A DNA stretch of 64,000 nucleotides from Alphaproteobacteria bacterium (GTDB lineage Bacteria > Pseudomonadota > Alphaproteobacteria > Bin95), in contig OZ224045.1 of assembly GCA_963665325.3 (NCBI GenBank), positions 1,728,001 to 1,792,000 of the forward strand. The letters are read 5' to 3'. Both the position numbers and the translations under genes were made by a program. Under the pieces are notes generated by a model. It was not told where the DNA came from and ran no database searches. It worked only from the letters and a program-made list of their open reading frames with translations. Position 1 is the first letter of the stretch, and every line of letters begins with the position of its first letter. Positions 18,270-27,295 of the stretch are shown one piece after another.

Positions 18270-18567
18270 AGACGAGTTCGCGCGACCTGTTTATCGACGC
18301 GCGCAGATAGGGGTTTCGAACCGCTCGGAGTTCGACCGAAACGACGCGACGGTCGAGCGCATTGCTCAAGGCATCCCCGAGATCGAAATATCGGTCCAGC
18401 GTCCGGCGGGCGGCCGGGCCAACTTCAACGAGGAAATCGGCGTCGCACGCCTCGGGATCGAAATCCCCGCCGCGTGCCGCCGAGCCGAACACCTCCAGCC
18501 GCGCCACATCGCAGCGCCGGCACAGCGCGGCCAGTTCCTCCCGCTTGTCGGCGATTGCGGCGTGCAT
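18259..18567 (-). CDS. MntA-type minimal nucleotidyltransferase antitoxin
   Basis: LAALCRRCDVARLEVFGSAARGGDFDPEACDADFLV, RNPYLRASI. Confidence 0.88.
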   Translation of the reverse strand: MHAAIADKREELAALCRRCDVARLEVFGSAARGGDFDPEACDADFLVEVGPAARRTLDRYFDLGDALSNALDRRVVSVELRAVRNPYLRASINRSRELVYRA

Positions 18568-18594
18568 GTCAGCACGCGCCCGCGTTTGCGCGCC

Positions 18595-19461
18595 CTAGCT
18601 CGGCCGGTCGCCCTCGATCTGGATGCGGCGCATGTCGCGGCGGTGGCCGGCATAGTCGTTGATGGCGGCGTGCTTGAGGCAGCGATTGTCCCACAGCGTC
18701 AGCGAGCCCGGCTCCCAGGAGACGCGGCAGGTCAGTTCCACGCGCTCGCCGACGGCGTAGAGATAGTCGAGCAGCGGCGTACTCTCCGCCTCCGTCATGC
18801 CCTCGAAGCGGATGGTGTAGGCGCGGTTGACGAAGAGACCCTTGCGGCCGGTCTCGGGATGGGTGCGCACCACCGGATGCAGGCACTCGGTCGGCCTCCA
18901 GGCGTCGTCCTCGCGGTTCCTGGTCGAGCGGAGCGCATTGAAGTTCGTCGCCGGCCCGGCGACGCGGGTGTCGTTGTGCACCGCGCGCATGCCGGACAGC
19001 GTGGACTTCATGCCGTCCGACAGCATGTCCCATGCGCCCTGTTGGTCCGCGAACAGCGTGTCGCCGCCCGCCGGCGGCACTTCGAGGGCATAGAGCGCGG
19101 AGCCGAGCGGCGGTTTCTCCAGGCAGGTGGTGTCGGTGTGCCAGTTCTCGCCGACCGCCGCCTTGTCGTCCGGCTCCTTGCGGATCGCGATGACCTCCGG
19201 ATACTTGCCCTCCGCGATCAGGTTCGGATGCACGATCAGCGGGCCGAAGCGAAGGCCGAACGTCATCAGCGATTCCTCGTCCAGCTCCTGGTCCCGGAAG
19301 CACAGCACCTTGTGGCGGAGGAAGGTCTCGCGCACCGCCGCAAAGCCTTCGTCGTCGAGCGCCGCGAGATCGACGCCGCGAACCTCGGCCCCGCAGGACC
19401 CGGAAAGCGGCCTCACCTGCATGTTCGCCAATCCCTGAACTCCATCCGGCATGTCACGCAT
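18595..19461 (-). CDS. TauD/TfdA Fe(II)/2-oxoglutarate dioxygenase
   Basis: WHTDT, GGDTLF, HPVVRTHPETGRKGLFVN, WDNRCLKH; true start may be 19452 or 19422. Confidence 0.92.
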   Translation of the reverse strand: MRDMPDGVQGLANMQVRPLSGSCGAEVRGVDLAALDDEGFAAVRETFLRHKVLCFRDQELDEESLMTFGLRFGPLIVHPNLIAEGKYPEVIAIRKEPDDKAAVGENWHTDTTCLEKPPLGSALYALEVPPAGGDTLFADQQGAWDMLSDGMKSTLSGMRAVHNDTRVAGPATNFNALRSTRNREDDAWRPTECLHPVVRTHPETGRKGLFVNRAYTIRFEGMTEAESTPLLDYLYAVGERVELTCRVSWEPGSLTLWDNRCLKHAAINDYAGHRRDMRRIQIEGDRPS

Positions 19462-20842
19462 CCTCCGTCTCGCAGCGAAGATACCACGGCGTCTTCCCCG
19501 GCTCGCGCCGGCTGCGGCGGGCGGGTTTCGGGGCCGGCGCCGCCTTCGGCTTGGGCGGGGTCTTGGCCTCCGTCTTCGCTTCGGCCTTTGCCTCCGTCTT
19601 CGCTTCGGCCTTTGCCTCCGTCTTCGCTTCCGGTGCGGCGCTTGCCTTGGGTTTCGCTTTCGCCCCGGTCTTCGGCGCAGGCGCCTCGTCTTTCTTCGCC
19701 GCCGCCCGGCGGGCCGGCCGCTTGGGCGCGGGTTCCGCCGCGATGTCCGCGGCGGCGGGCGCGGTCCGGAAGCTGTCCAGCGCGTCGAGGTCGAAAGAGA
19801 AACCGAGGCCCGGCCGGTCGGGAATCCGGGCCCGGCCGTCGTCGAATTCGATCCGTTCGCTGAACAGCCGGGCCGACCAGGGCATGTATTCCAGCAGGTC
19901 GCAGTTCCCGAGCGCGCCGCAAAGCTGCAGCGACGGCTCGGAATAGAGGTGCGGCGAGACCGGCAGGTCCCAGGCCTGCGCCATGTGGCCGACGCGCATG
20001 AACTCGGTGATGCCGCCGACGCGCCCGAGGTCCGGCATCAGCACGTCCGCCGCCCTCGCTTCGATCAGCGGGCGGAAGCCATATCGGGTGTATTCCGTCT
20101 CGCCGGTGGCGATGGGCGTGTCGAGCGCGGCGGCGAGCGCGGCATGGCCGGCGACATCGTATGCCGGCACCGGCTCCTCGAACCAGTCGAGGTTCACCGC
20201 CTCCAGCGCGCGGCCGAGCCTGAGCGCGTGCCGGACATCGAGGCTCTGGTTTGCGTCCGCCATCAGCCGGATGTCGGGGCCGATGGCGTCGCGAATCGCC
20301 TCGGCGCGCTCCACATCCTCCTGCCAGCGCGGCTTGCCGAGCCGCATCTTCATGGCGCGGAAGCCCTGCTTGAGAAAGCTTTTCGCCTCGGCGACCAGCT
20401 CGTCCTCGGAGCGCGAGAGCCAGAGCCCGCCGCTGTGATAGGCCGGCACGGCGTCGCGGCAGGAGCCGAGCAGACGGTGGACCGGCTGACCGAGCGCCTT
20501 GCCGCGTGCATCCCAGAGCGCCATGTCGAGCGCCGAGAGCGCGAACAGCGGCACGCCCTTGTGGCCGACGAAGTTCACCTCGGTCCACAGCTTGTGCCAG
20601 ATGCCCTCGACCCGGTGCGCGTCCTCGCCGATGAGCGACGAGCCGAGGACGGCAACCATCGCCTCCAGCGGCGCCAGATGCCTTGCCGGGAGCGAGAACA
20701 GGTGGCCCTCGCCGGTGACCTCCGCGTCGGTATCGACGAAGACCAGCACATAGCCGATCGAACGGATATCGTGGATCGCGGTGATGACGGGCTCCTCCAG
20801 CGGCACGTCCACCGTCATCGTACGAATACCGGTTATCTTCAT
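19454..20842 (-). CDS. Mandelate racemase/muconate lactonizing enzyme family protein with Lys/Ala/Pro-rich C-terminal extension
   Basis: ALDMALWDARGK, MKMRLG, MADAN, WFEEP, ATGE, GGITEF, SPH, PGLG, then ~100-aa low-complexity tail. Confidence 0.9.
   Translation of the reverse strand: MKITGIRTMTVDVPLEEPVITAIHDIRSIGYVLVFVDTDAEVTGEGHLFSLPARHLAPLEAMVAVLGSSLIGEDAHRVEGIWHKLWTEVNFVGHKGVPLFALSALDMALWDARGKALGQPVHRLLGSCRDAVPAYHSGGLWLSRSEDELVAEAKSFLKQGFRAMKMRLGKPRWQEDVERAEAIRDAIGPDIRLMADANQSLDVRHALRLGRALEAVNLDWFEEPVPAYDVAGHAALAAALDTPIATGETEYTRYGFRPLIEARAADVLMPDLGRVGGITEFMRVGHMAQAWDLPVSPHLYSEPSLQLCGALGNCDLLEYMPWSARLFSERIEFDDGRARIPDRPGLGFSFDLDALDSFRTAPAAADIAAEPAPKRPARRAAAKKDEAPAPKTGAKAKPKASAAPEAKTEAKAEAKTEAKAEAKTEAKTPPKPKAAPAPKPARRSRREPGKTPWYLRCETEDA
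19561..19631. repeat. 24-bp in-frame tandem repeat (AEAKTEAK), ~3 copies
   Basis: gcctccgtcttcgcttcggccttt repeated. Confidence 0.85.
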
Positions 20843-20954
20843 CCCTGCCTTTCACCTCCAGAATGTCGGCCCCCCAAGGCCGTTTCCCCAAGGCAGCCTA
20901 ACTTGACAGGGCGGGGGAGGGGAAGCGGCAGCGGCCCGCACTTGTTTTCCTTGC

Positions 20955-20978
20955 ATATCGCTTATCGATATACGATAT
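20955..20978. promoter_or_regulatory. Palindromic operator before higB
   Basis: ATATCG...CGATAT inverted repeat in AT-rich promoter region. Confidence 0.5.
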
Positions 20979-20987
20979 AGAGCGGCC

Positions 20988-21266
20988 ATGATCCGGAGCT
21001 TTCGTTGCAAGGATACCGAGCGGCTTGCCAATGGCTACAGGGTACGGCGTTTCATCGCTTTCGAGCGGTTTGCCCAGCGCAAGCTCGCTCAACTGGACGC
21101 CGCTGCAACACTCGACTTCCTGCGTGTGCCGCCGGGAAACCGGCTTGAGGCGTTGTGGGGCGACCGTGCGGGCTTCTACAGCATACGGATCAACAATCAG
21201 TGGCGGCTTTGTTTCCGCTTTGCGGACAGCAATGCCTTCGATGCGGAAATCGTCGATTACCACTGA
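20988..21266 (+). CDS. higB: HigB (RelE-family) toxin
   Basis: MIRSFRCKDTERL, LRVPPGNRLEAL, YSIRINNQWRLCFRF, EIVDYH. Confidence 0.93.
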   Translation: MIRSFRCKDTERLANGYRVRRFIAFERFAQRKLAQLDAAATLDFLRVPPGNRLEALWGDRAGFYSIRINNQWRLCFRFADSNAFDAEIVDYH

Positions 21267-21291
21267 GAGCGCTTGAAGGAGGGCCTGCCTT

Positions 21292-21585
21292 ATGACCGCA
21301 CTGGACCCCATCCACCCCGGCGAGGTCTTGAAGCATGACTTCATGGAGCCTTTCGCGCTGTCCTCGGCGGCTCTGGCCAGGGCAATCGGCGTCACGCCGG
21401 CGCGGATAAACGAGATCCTGCGCGGACGCCGGGGCCTGACGGCGGATACGGCGCTGCGCCTCGCCCGCTATTTCGGCACCGACGCCCAGAGCTGGATGAA
21501 CCTCCAGGACCGCTATGAACTCGCGGTCGCAGCGCAGAAGGGGGCGGCGGCGCTGCGGGCCATCCGGCCGCGGGAGATGGTGTAA
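21292..21585 (+). CDS. higA: HigA antitoxin (Xre HTH)
   Basis: PIHPGEVL, RINEILRGRRGLTADTALRLARYFGT, WMNLQ. Confidence 0.93.
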   Translation: MTALDPIHPGEVLKHDFMEPFALSSAALARAIGVTPARINEILRGRRGLTADTALRLARYFGTDAQSWMNLQDRYELAVAAQKGAAALRAIRPREMV

Positions 21586-21600
21586 GGCCCGGTTTCGCGA

Positions 21601-21668
21601 TTACGGGGCATCCAGATCGAAAACGGGAATTTCCATCGCGCGTGCGGTGGCGGTTCGAGGTAGATCAC
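21601..21668 (-). pseudogene. vapC: VapC toxin with near-total internal deletion
   Basis: GTGA overlap with antitoxin stop gives (M)IYLE; immediately followed in another frame by a VapC-like C-terminus TATARAMEIPVFDLDAP*. Confidence 0.65.
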
Positions 21669-21961
21669 CGCGCGCTTCTGTCGGCGTCCAGATCGTCGAG
21701 GAGTTCAGCCAGAGACATGACGGGAGGCGGCCGCGGCGGCGGCTTCCCCCTGTTGACGCCAAGGGGCGGCGTCAGCCAGCCCTTGCGCACGGCGTCGGCC
21801 AGAAATGCATCGGCGAGAACTGGGCTCCGGTTCTCCCTCGGCGGGCCGAGTTCCGCAACCACCCGGTCGCGGTCGGTCACCAGAACCGTCTCGCCGGATG
21901 CCGCCAGGCGCACATATTCGCTCAACCGACTGTTCAGCGCCTTGATGCCTACCGATCTCAT
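21665..21961 (-). CDS. Phd/YefM-family antitoxin
   Basis: MRSVGIKALNSRLSEYVRLAASGETVLVTDRDRVVAEL. Confidence 0.88.
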   Translation of the reverse strand: MRSVGIKALNSRLSEYVRLAASGETVLVTDRDRVVAELGPPRENRSPVLADAFLADAVRKGWLTPPLGVNRGKPPPRPPPVMSLAELLDDLDADRSAR

Positions 21962-22011
21962 GATCGCCGTGGTGGCAACCGGTAGCGACCTTGTCAATCG
22001 CCCTGACGATT

Positions 22012-22875
22012 TCAGCGGTCCGAAGAGTCCCGGGCAGCGGGTTCGACGGGAATGTTGTCGATCAGCCTTGCGCGGCCGAGATGGGCGGCGGCGAGCAGGC
22101 GGGCGGGGCGGTCAAGTCGCTGCATGGGCGCCAGGTCTTCGGCATCGCGAAGCTCGACATAATCGACAGCATCGAAACTGGCTGCGGCGATCTCCGCGGC
22201 GGCGTCGGCGAGGCAACCCGTGTCCTCGCCGTTCCGCAAGCGCCCGGCGGCGGCGGCGAGCGCGCGGTGCAGCGCCGGGGCGCGCGCGCGTTCGTCGGGA
22301 CTGAGCATGGCGTTGCGGGAGGAGAGCGCGAGGCCGTCCGGGTCGCGCACCGTCGGGCAGCCGACGATTTCGACCGGCAGGTCGAGGTCGCGGACCATGC
22401 GGCGGATCGTGGCGAGCTGCTGGTAGTCCTTCTCGCCGAAGAAGGCGAAGTCCGCCCCGGTCTGGATCAGCAGCTTGGAGACGACGGTCGCCACGCCGTC
22501 GAAATGCCCCGGCCGGTCCGCGCCGCAAAGCCCGTCGGTGATGCCGGAGACGGACACATTCGTGGCGAATCCGGCCGGATACATGACCTCCGGCGGCGGC
22601 GCGAACAGGAGGTCGATGCCGTAGGGGGCGAGCTTCTCGCGGTCGTTGTTCTCGGTGCGGGGATAGCGCGCAAGGTCCGCCGCGTCGTTGAACTGCTTCG
22701 GGTTGACGAACAGCGTGACGATGCTGCGGTCGGCGCGCTCCCGGCTTGCGGCGGCTAGGCTCAGATGGCCCGCATGGAGCGCGCCCATGGTGGGCACGAC
22801 GCCGATGCTGCAGCCGGCCCGGCGCCAGGCGCGCACGAAGCGGCGAAGATCCTGCACGGTGCGGGCGGTCAGCAT
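22012..22875 (-). CDS. panC: Pantoate--beta-alanine ligase
   Basis: [47 protein letters not shown]. Confidence 0.97.
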   Translation of the reverse strand: MLTARTVQDLRRFVRAWRRAGCSIGVVPTMGALHAGHLSLAAASRERADRSIVTLFVNPKQFNDAADLARYPRTENNDREKLAPYGIDLLFAPPPEVMYPAGFATNVSVSGITDGLCGADRPGHFDGVATVVSKLLIQTGADFAFFGEKDYQQLATIRRMVRDLDLPVEIVGCPTVRDPDGLALSSRNAMLSPDERARAPALHRALAAAAGRLRNGEDTGCLADAAAEIAAASFDAVDYVELRDAEDLAPMQRLDRPARLLAAAHLGRARLIDNIPVEPAARDSSDR

Positions 22876-22940
22876 CGTGCGGGAACATTCCCCAAAGCGT
22901 CTGGTCCGGCAAGCGGGGATATGGGAGTCTCGCCGCCATC

Positions 22941-24122
22941 ATGGAACCGCGACCCGTCGTCCGGCTCCTGCCGGGCCGGCAGAAGCGCCTCCGCGCAGGG
23001 CATCCCTGGGCCTATGCCAATGAAATCGCGATGTCGGCCGAGGCGCGCGCCCTGCCGCCGGGAACGCTGGTGCGGCTGGAGAGCGCCGACGGGCAGGCGC
23101 TCGGCACGGCAATGTTCAACCCCCGTGCGCTTGCGGCCGTGCGCCGCCTCGATGCCGATCCCGGGCGGGAGATTGACGCGGGCTGGCTGGCGGGGCGGCT
23201 GAAGGCGGCGCTGGCGCTAAGGAAGCGGCTCGGTGTCGCGCCCTGGTGCCGGGTCGCGCATGCGGAGGCGGACGGGCTGCCGGGGCTGATCGTCGATCTC
23301 GTCGGCGGCGTGGCGGTGGCGCAACTCAACAGCGCGGGCATGGCGCGGCTGGAAGCGCCGCTGGTCGAAGCCATACGCGAGGCGTTGCAACCGGAGGCGC
23401 TGATCTTCCGCAATGACAGCGCCCAGCGCGGCCTGGAGGGGCTGGAGACGGAGAACCGGCTGGTTTTCGGCGAGGTTTCCGGACCGATCGATCTGGTCGA
23501 GGGCGACTGCCGTTTCCTCTGCGACCCGCTCGGCGGGCAGAAGACCGGCTGGTTCTACGACCAGCGCGACAACCGCGCCTTCGCGGCGAGCCTCGCGGAC
23601 GGCGCGCGGGTGCTGGACCTCTACGCCTATCTCGGCGGATTCGGCATCAGGGCGGCGCTGGCCGGCGCGCGCGAGGCCGTGCTGGTGGACCGCTCCCGGC
23701 CCGCGCTGGAGCTTGCCGCCAGCGCCGCCGGGCTGAACGGCGTCGGCGAGCGGGTCCGCACCGAGCGGGCCGATGTCTTCGCCTTCCTGGAAGCGGCGGG
23801 TTCCGAACGCTTCGGCCTCGTGATCGCCGACCCGCCGGCCTTCGTGCGCTCGCGCAAGGATCTGGGCGCGGGCCTGCGCGGCTACCGCAAGCTCGCCCGG
23901 CTCGCCGCGGGGCTGGTGGCGCCGGGCGGGTTCCTGCTGGCGGCCTCCTGCTCACACAATGTCACCGCGGAGGCCTTTGCGCTGGAGGTCGCGCGTGGCC
24001 TCGGGCAGGCGGGACGCACGGGCCGCGTGCTGCGGATGGCCGGGGCCGCGCCCGACCATCCGGTGCATCCCATGCTGCCGGAGTCGGCTTATCTCAAGGC
24101 GATGGTATTGCAGCTCGACTGA
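22941..24122 (+). CDS. rlmI: SAM-dependent 23S rRNA methyltransferase, RlmI-like
   Basis: PUA-like GHPWAYANEI, EADGLPGLIVD, GQKTGWFYDQR, DPPAF, SCS, YLK. Confidence 0.8.
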   Translation: MEPRPVVRLLPGRQKRLRAGHPWAYANEIAMSAEARALPPGTLVRLESADGQALGTAMFNPRALAAVRRLDADPGREIDAGWLAGRLKAALALRKRLGVAPWCRVAHAEADGLPGLIVDLVGGVAVAQLNSAGMARLEAPLVEAIREALQPEALIFRNDSAQRGLEGLETENRLVFGEVSGPIDLVEGDCRFLCDPLGGQKTGWFYDQRDNRAFAASLADGARVLDLYAYLGGFGIRAALAGAREAVLVDRSRPALELAASAAGLNGVGERVRTERADVFAFLEAAGSERFGLVIADPPAFVRSRKDLGAGLRGYRKLARLAAGLVAPGGFLLAASCSHNVTAEAFALEVARGLGQAGRTGRVLRMAGAAPDHPVHPMLPESAYLKAMVLQLD

Positions 24123-24128
24123 GGCCGA

Positions 24129-24728
24129 TCAGTCCAGAATCTCGAAATGCGCCTCGGTCGGCTCGCGCCCCACGCCGTTGATCGGCAGGATGTCCTGCGG
24201 GCAGGCGGAGAAGGCGACGACGACATCGAGATTGGCCTCGAACAGCACAAAATCGTTCGGTTTCGTGACAGGCGCGGCGAAGGCGAGGGCGCCGCCTTCG
24301 TCCCACGGAATGTTCATGAAGAGGTTGAGCGGGGAGGGCGTCTCCGGCGGTGTCAGGCCGAGCTCGTAAAGGCCGGCCGCCAGATTATCCGTGCAATTGT
24401 CGTGATATTCGGTGCAGCCGAGCAGGCCGTAGCGGTAGTCGTCGCAGGCCGCCATCAGCGTGTCGTGGACGCCGGGCGACGTGTCCTCGACGAGTGTGAG
24501 GATCGGCCGGCGGCGGTTGCTGTAGAACGCGTCGCCGACTTCGGGGCGCATTTTCGTCAAGGTCGCGCGGGTGTGCTCCATCGACATGAACTCGCGCAGG
24601 TCGTGCCGCGCGAAGGCCCAGGTGTCCACGACCTGCTCGCCGTGTGTGTTGACGACCCTCACCTTCTGCCCTTTGCGCGCGAACGCCGCCTTGCCGCTCC
24701 GCGCGGGAATCGTCCGAAGCCCCGACAT
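24129..24728 (-). CDS. Urea carboxylase-associated family protein (DUF1989)
   Basis: GEQVVDTW, HDTLMAAC, CTDNL, PLNLFMN, SACPQD. Confidence 0.85.
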   Translation of the reverse strand: MSGLRTIPARSGKAAFARKGQKVRVVNTHGEQVVDTWAFARHDLREFMSMEHTRATLTKMRPEVGDAFYSNRRRPILTLVEDTSPGVHDTLMAACDDYRYGLLGCTEYHDNCTDNLAAGLYELGLTPPETPSPLNLFMNIPWDEGGALAFAAPVTKPNDFVLFEANLDVVVAFSACPQDILPINGVGREPTEAHFEILD

Positions 24729-24880
24729 GACGCGCCTCCCAAACTGGCCGGAACGGCCAAGATGAAACGCGCGGCCGGGCGCGGTCAAGACGCCTCTCTG
24801 GCAAGGTGCGGGCTTTCGCAGCGTTGACCGGAAGCGGCGGTCGTGGCGTATTGCGCCCGATGCCGCACGGGGAGGCGCCC

Positions 24881-25930
24881 ATGCCCAGGGACCGTGAAAC
24901 CGATCTGCCGCGCTATGCCGCGCCGGCGCGGCCGCTCGGGGCCTATCCGCGGCTGCGCGCACGGCGCAACCGCCGAGCGGGTTGGACGCGCGCCTTGGTC
25001 GCCGAGAGCCGGCTGGGCCCGCAGGACTTCATCTGGCCGCTGTTCGTCGTGGACGGCGAAGGCGTGTCGCAGCCCGTGCCCTCCATGCCGGGCGTCTGCC
25101 GCTGGTCGGTCGAACTGCTGGTCGAGCGCGTCCGGGAAGCGCGGGACGCCGGCATTCCGGCCGTTGCGCTCTTCCCCTATGTCGATCCCGCGCTCAAGAC
25201 GCATGACGGTGAGCATGCGCTCGATCCGGAGAACATAGTCTGCCGGGCGATCCGGGCGGTGAAGGCGGCCGTGCCGGAGATGGGCGTGGTCTGCGATGTG
25301 GCGCTCGACCCGTTCACCACTCACGGCCAGGACGGCATCGTGCGCGACGGGCAGATCCTGAACGACGAGACCGTGCATGTGCTCTGCGAGCAGGCGCGGG
25401 TGCAGGTCGAGGCCGGCTGCGACGTGATCGCGCCTTCGGACATGATGGACGGGCGGGTCGGCGCCATCCGCGACACGCTGGATGCGGCGGGCCATGAGGA
25501 CGCCTCGATCCTCGCCTATTCGGCGAAATACGCCTCGGCCTTCTACGGGCCCTTCCGCGATGCGGTCGGCTCCGCCGGCGCGCTCGGGGCGGCCGACAAG
25601 AAGACCTACCAGATGGACCCGGCGAACACGGAGGAGGCTTTGCGTGAAATCGCGGCCGACCTCGCCGAGGGCGCCGACATGGTGATGGTCAAGCCGGGCC
25701 TGCCCTATCTGGATGTCATCCGCCGGGTAAAGGAGCGCTTCGGCGTGCCGACGGTCGCCTACAATGTCTCCGGCGAATATTCGATGCTCAAGGCCGCGGG
25801 CGAACGGGGCTGGCTCGACTACGACCTCGTGCTGCTGGAAAGCCTGATGGCCTTCAAGCGCGCCGGCGCCGACGCCATCCTCACCTACGCCGCCATGGAG
25901 GCCTGCGAGCTTCTGGCGGACAAAAAGTAA
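24881..25930 (+). CDS. hemB: Porphobilinogen synthase (non-Zn, Mg-type)
   Basis: RBS GGAGG; SMPGV, DVALDPFTTHGQDG (Asp-rich, no Cys triad), SDMMDGR, YGPFRDA, MVKPG, VSGEY. Confidence 0.97.
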   Translation: MPRDRETDLPRYAAPARPLGAYPRLRARRNRRAGWTRALVAESRLGPQDFIWPLFVVDGEGVSQPVPSMPGVCRWSVELLVERVREARDAGIPAVALFPYVDPALKTHDGEHALDPENIVCRAIRAVKAAVPEMGVVCDVALDPFTTHGQDGIVRDGQILNDETVHVLCEQARVQVEAGCDVIAPSDMMDGRVGAIRDTLDAAGHEDASILAYSAKYASAFYGPFRDAVGSAGALGAADKKTYQMDPANTEEALREIAADLAEGADMVMVKPGLPYLDVIRRVKERFGVPTVAYNVSGEYSMLKAAGERGWLDYDLVLLESLMAFKRAGADAILTYAAMEACELLADKK

Positions 25931-26140
25931 GCGGAAGTGATGTCAATTCTTCCAGAGAGATCATCGCTCAGGCGCGAGCGGACTCCGGGTTGAGTGTGGA
26001 CAAAGCGATGAAGCTGGCTGTGGAGAAAACAAGATATTTCCATGAGGAAAGGTAGGCACCATTGCCGAACTTAGAGAAAGTATTAACAAGTCGAATCGCA
26101 TGAAATTTTGTGAAACAAGCAAGGAGATACTGATAAGCTT

Positions 26141-26560
26141 ATGGGGCTTATAACCGCAGTCCGCCAAGACGATATCGTCCGCATCTCAGCACTCATCGAA
26201 TCCGGTGCCGATGTTAACCATGCTGCCCCTAGATCGGGCTACACACCGCTCATGTGGTCAAAGTCTGCTGTGGTCACGAGAACACTGATCGATGCTGGGG
26301 CGGATGTTCACGCCCGAGACATGCAAGGCCATACGCCATTGATGTGGGTAATCTCGAAACATAACGTACCGGATCAGGCGGCTCAGATCGCCAAGGAGTT
26401 GATTGACGCCGGAGCGGATGTCAATGCAAAGGATAACAAAGGAATGTGTCCTTTGGATTGGGCACGGAACCACCGAAACCGACTGCGTAACTTGCCTGTT
26501 GTACGTATCGCTGAGAAGCTTGTCGTTACCGTAGAAGCCGCAAAACGCGCTATCGAGTAG
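26141..26560 (+). CDS. Ankyrin-repeat protein in a lower-GC patch
   Basis: LIESGADVN, GYTPLMW, LIDAGADVHARD..GHTPLMW, LIDAGADVNAKD..GMCPLDW. Confidence 0.88.
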   Translation: MGLITAVRQDDIVRISALIESGADVNHAAPRSGYTPLMWSKSAVVTRTLIDAGADVHARDMQGHTPLMWVISKHNVPDQAAQIAKELIDAGADVNAKDNKGMCPLDWARNHRNRLRNLPVVRIAEKLVVTVEAAKRAIE

Positions 26561-26679
26561 CATAGGCTTCCCGGTACACAGGGAACGACCTGCGATCTCA
26601 CCGAATACCAGATTTGTTCAGACCTTCCGTCAACAGTCACAGATCAGAACCGATATGCACAGATAGGGTAAGTCCCTCC

Positions 26680-26716
26680 CGTCATCCCGGACGACGTGTC
26701 GGCGCGATCCGGGACC
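26680..26716. repeat. REP-like palindromic element
   Basis: CGTCATCCCGGA...TCCGGGACC hairpin, a style common in alphaproteobacterial intergenic repeats. Confidence 0.45.
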
Positions 26717-26946
26717 TTTCTCAGCGACGTTGTCTCTTGCTCCACGGAGCCCATGATCATAGCTTGGGGCGACGAGTTTGTCAGGGAAAGAATTTGAGCG
26801 CTACCATCAATCCGGCGAGGGCCGCCGCAACCGCATAAAGCTTGTTCGACAACCGGGCTTCCAGACCGGCAAGCGTAGCCGTCATATCAAGCCGACTTGC
26901 CGGTTCCCCGTTCGCTGCGACAGCGTCTCCCGTCACATCGCAGCCC

Positions 26947-27264
26947 TCAGGGGTGCGGGCCCCAGGGGGCGGCGAGGAGGAGCTGGTTCTGCTGCGTCAT
27001 GATGAGCGGCCGGATCTTGCTCCCGAAGGTCTTGAACGCCTCGTCGGCATAGAGTGTGGCCCAGTGCCGGCGGCGGTCGGCGTCGTCGTCGAATTTCCAG
27101 AGATGAATGAGCTGGTTCAGCGCGCCGGCATCCGACTGGAAATAGCCGACAAGCTTGTCCTTGTGCGGCTCCAGCGCTGGCCAGCCATAGTTGGCATAGG
27201 CCTCGACCGCCTCGGCCATCTTGCCGACATAGAGCGTGTAGGTGCGCAGTTCATACAGGGCCAT
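26947..27264 (-). CDS. NIPSNAP family protein
   Basis: LYELRTYTL...GALNQLIHLWKFDDDADRR...QQNQLL. Confidence 0.88.
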   Translation of the reverse strand: MALYELRTYTLYVGKMAEAVEAYANYGWPALEPHKDKLVGYFQSDAGALNQLIHLWKFDDDADRRRHWATLYADEAFKTFGSKIRPLIMTQQNQLLLAAPWGPHP

Positions 27265-27295
27265 TCTCGTTTTCCTCTCCTTGTCCCGTCCAGTG

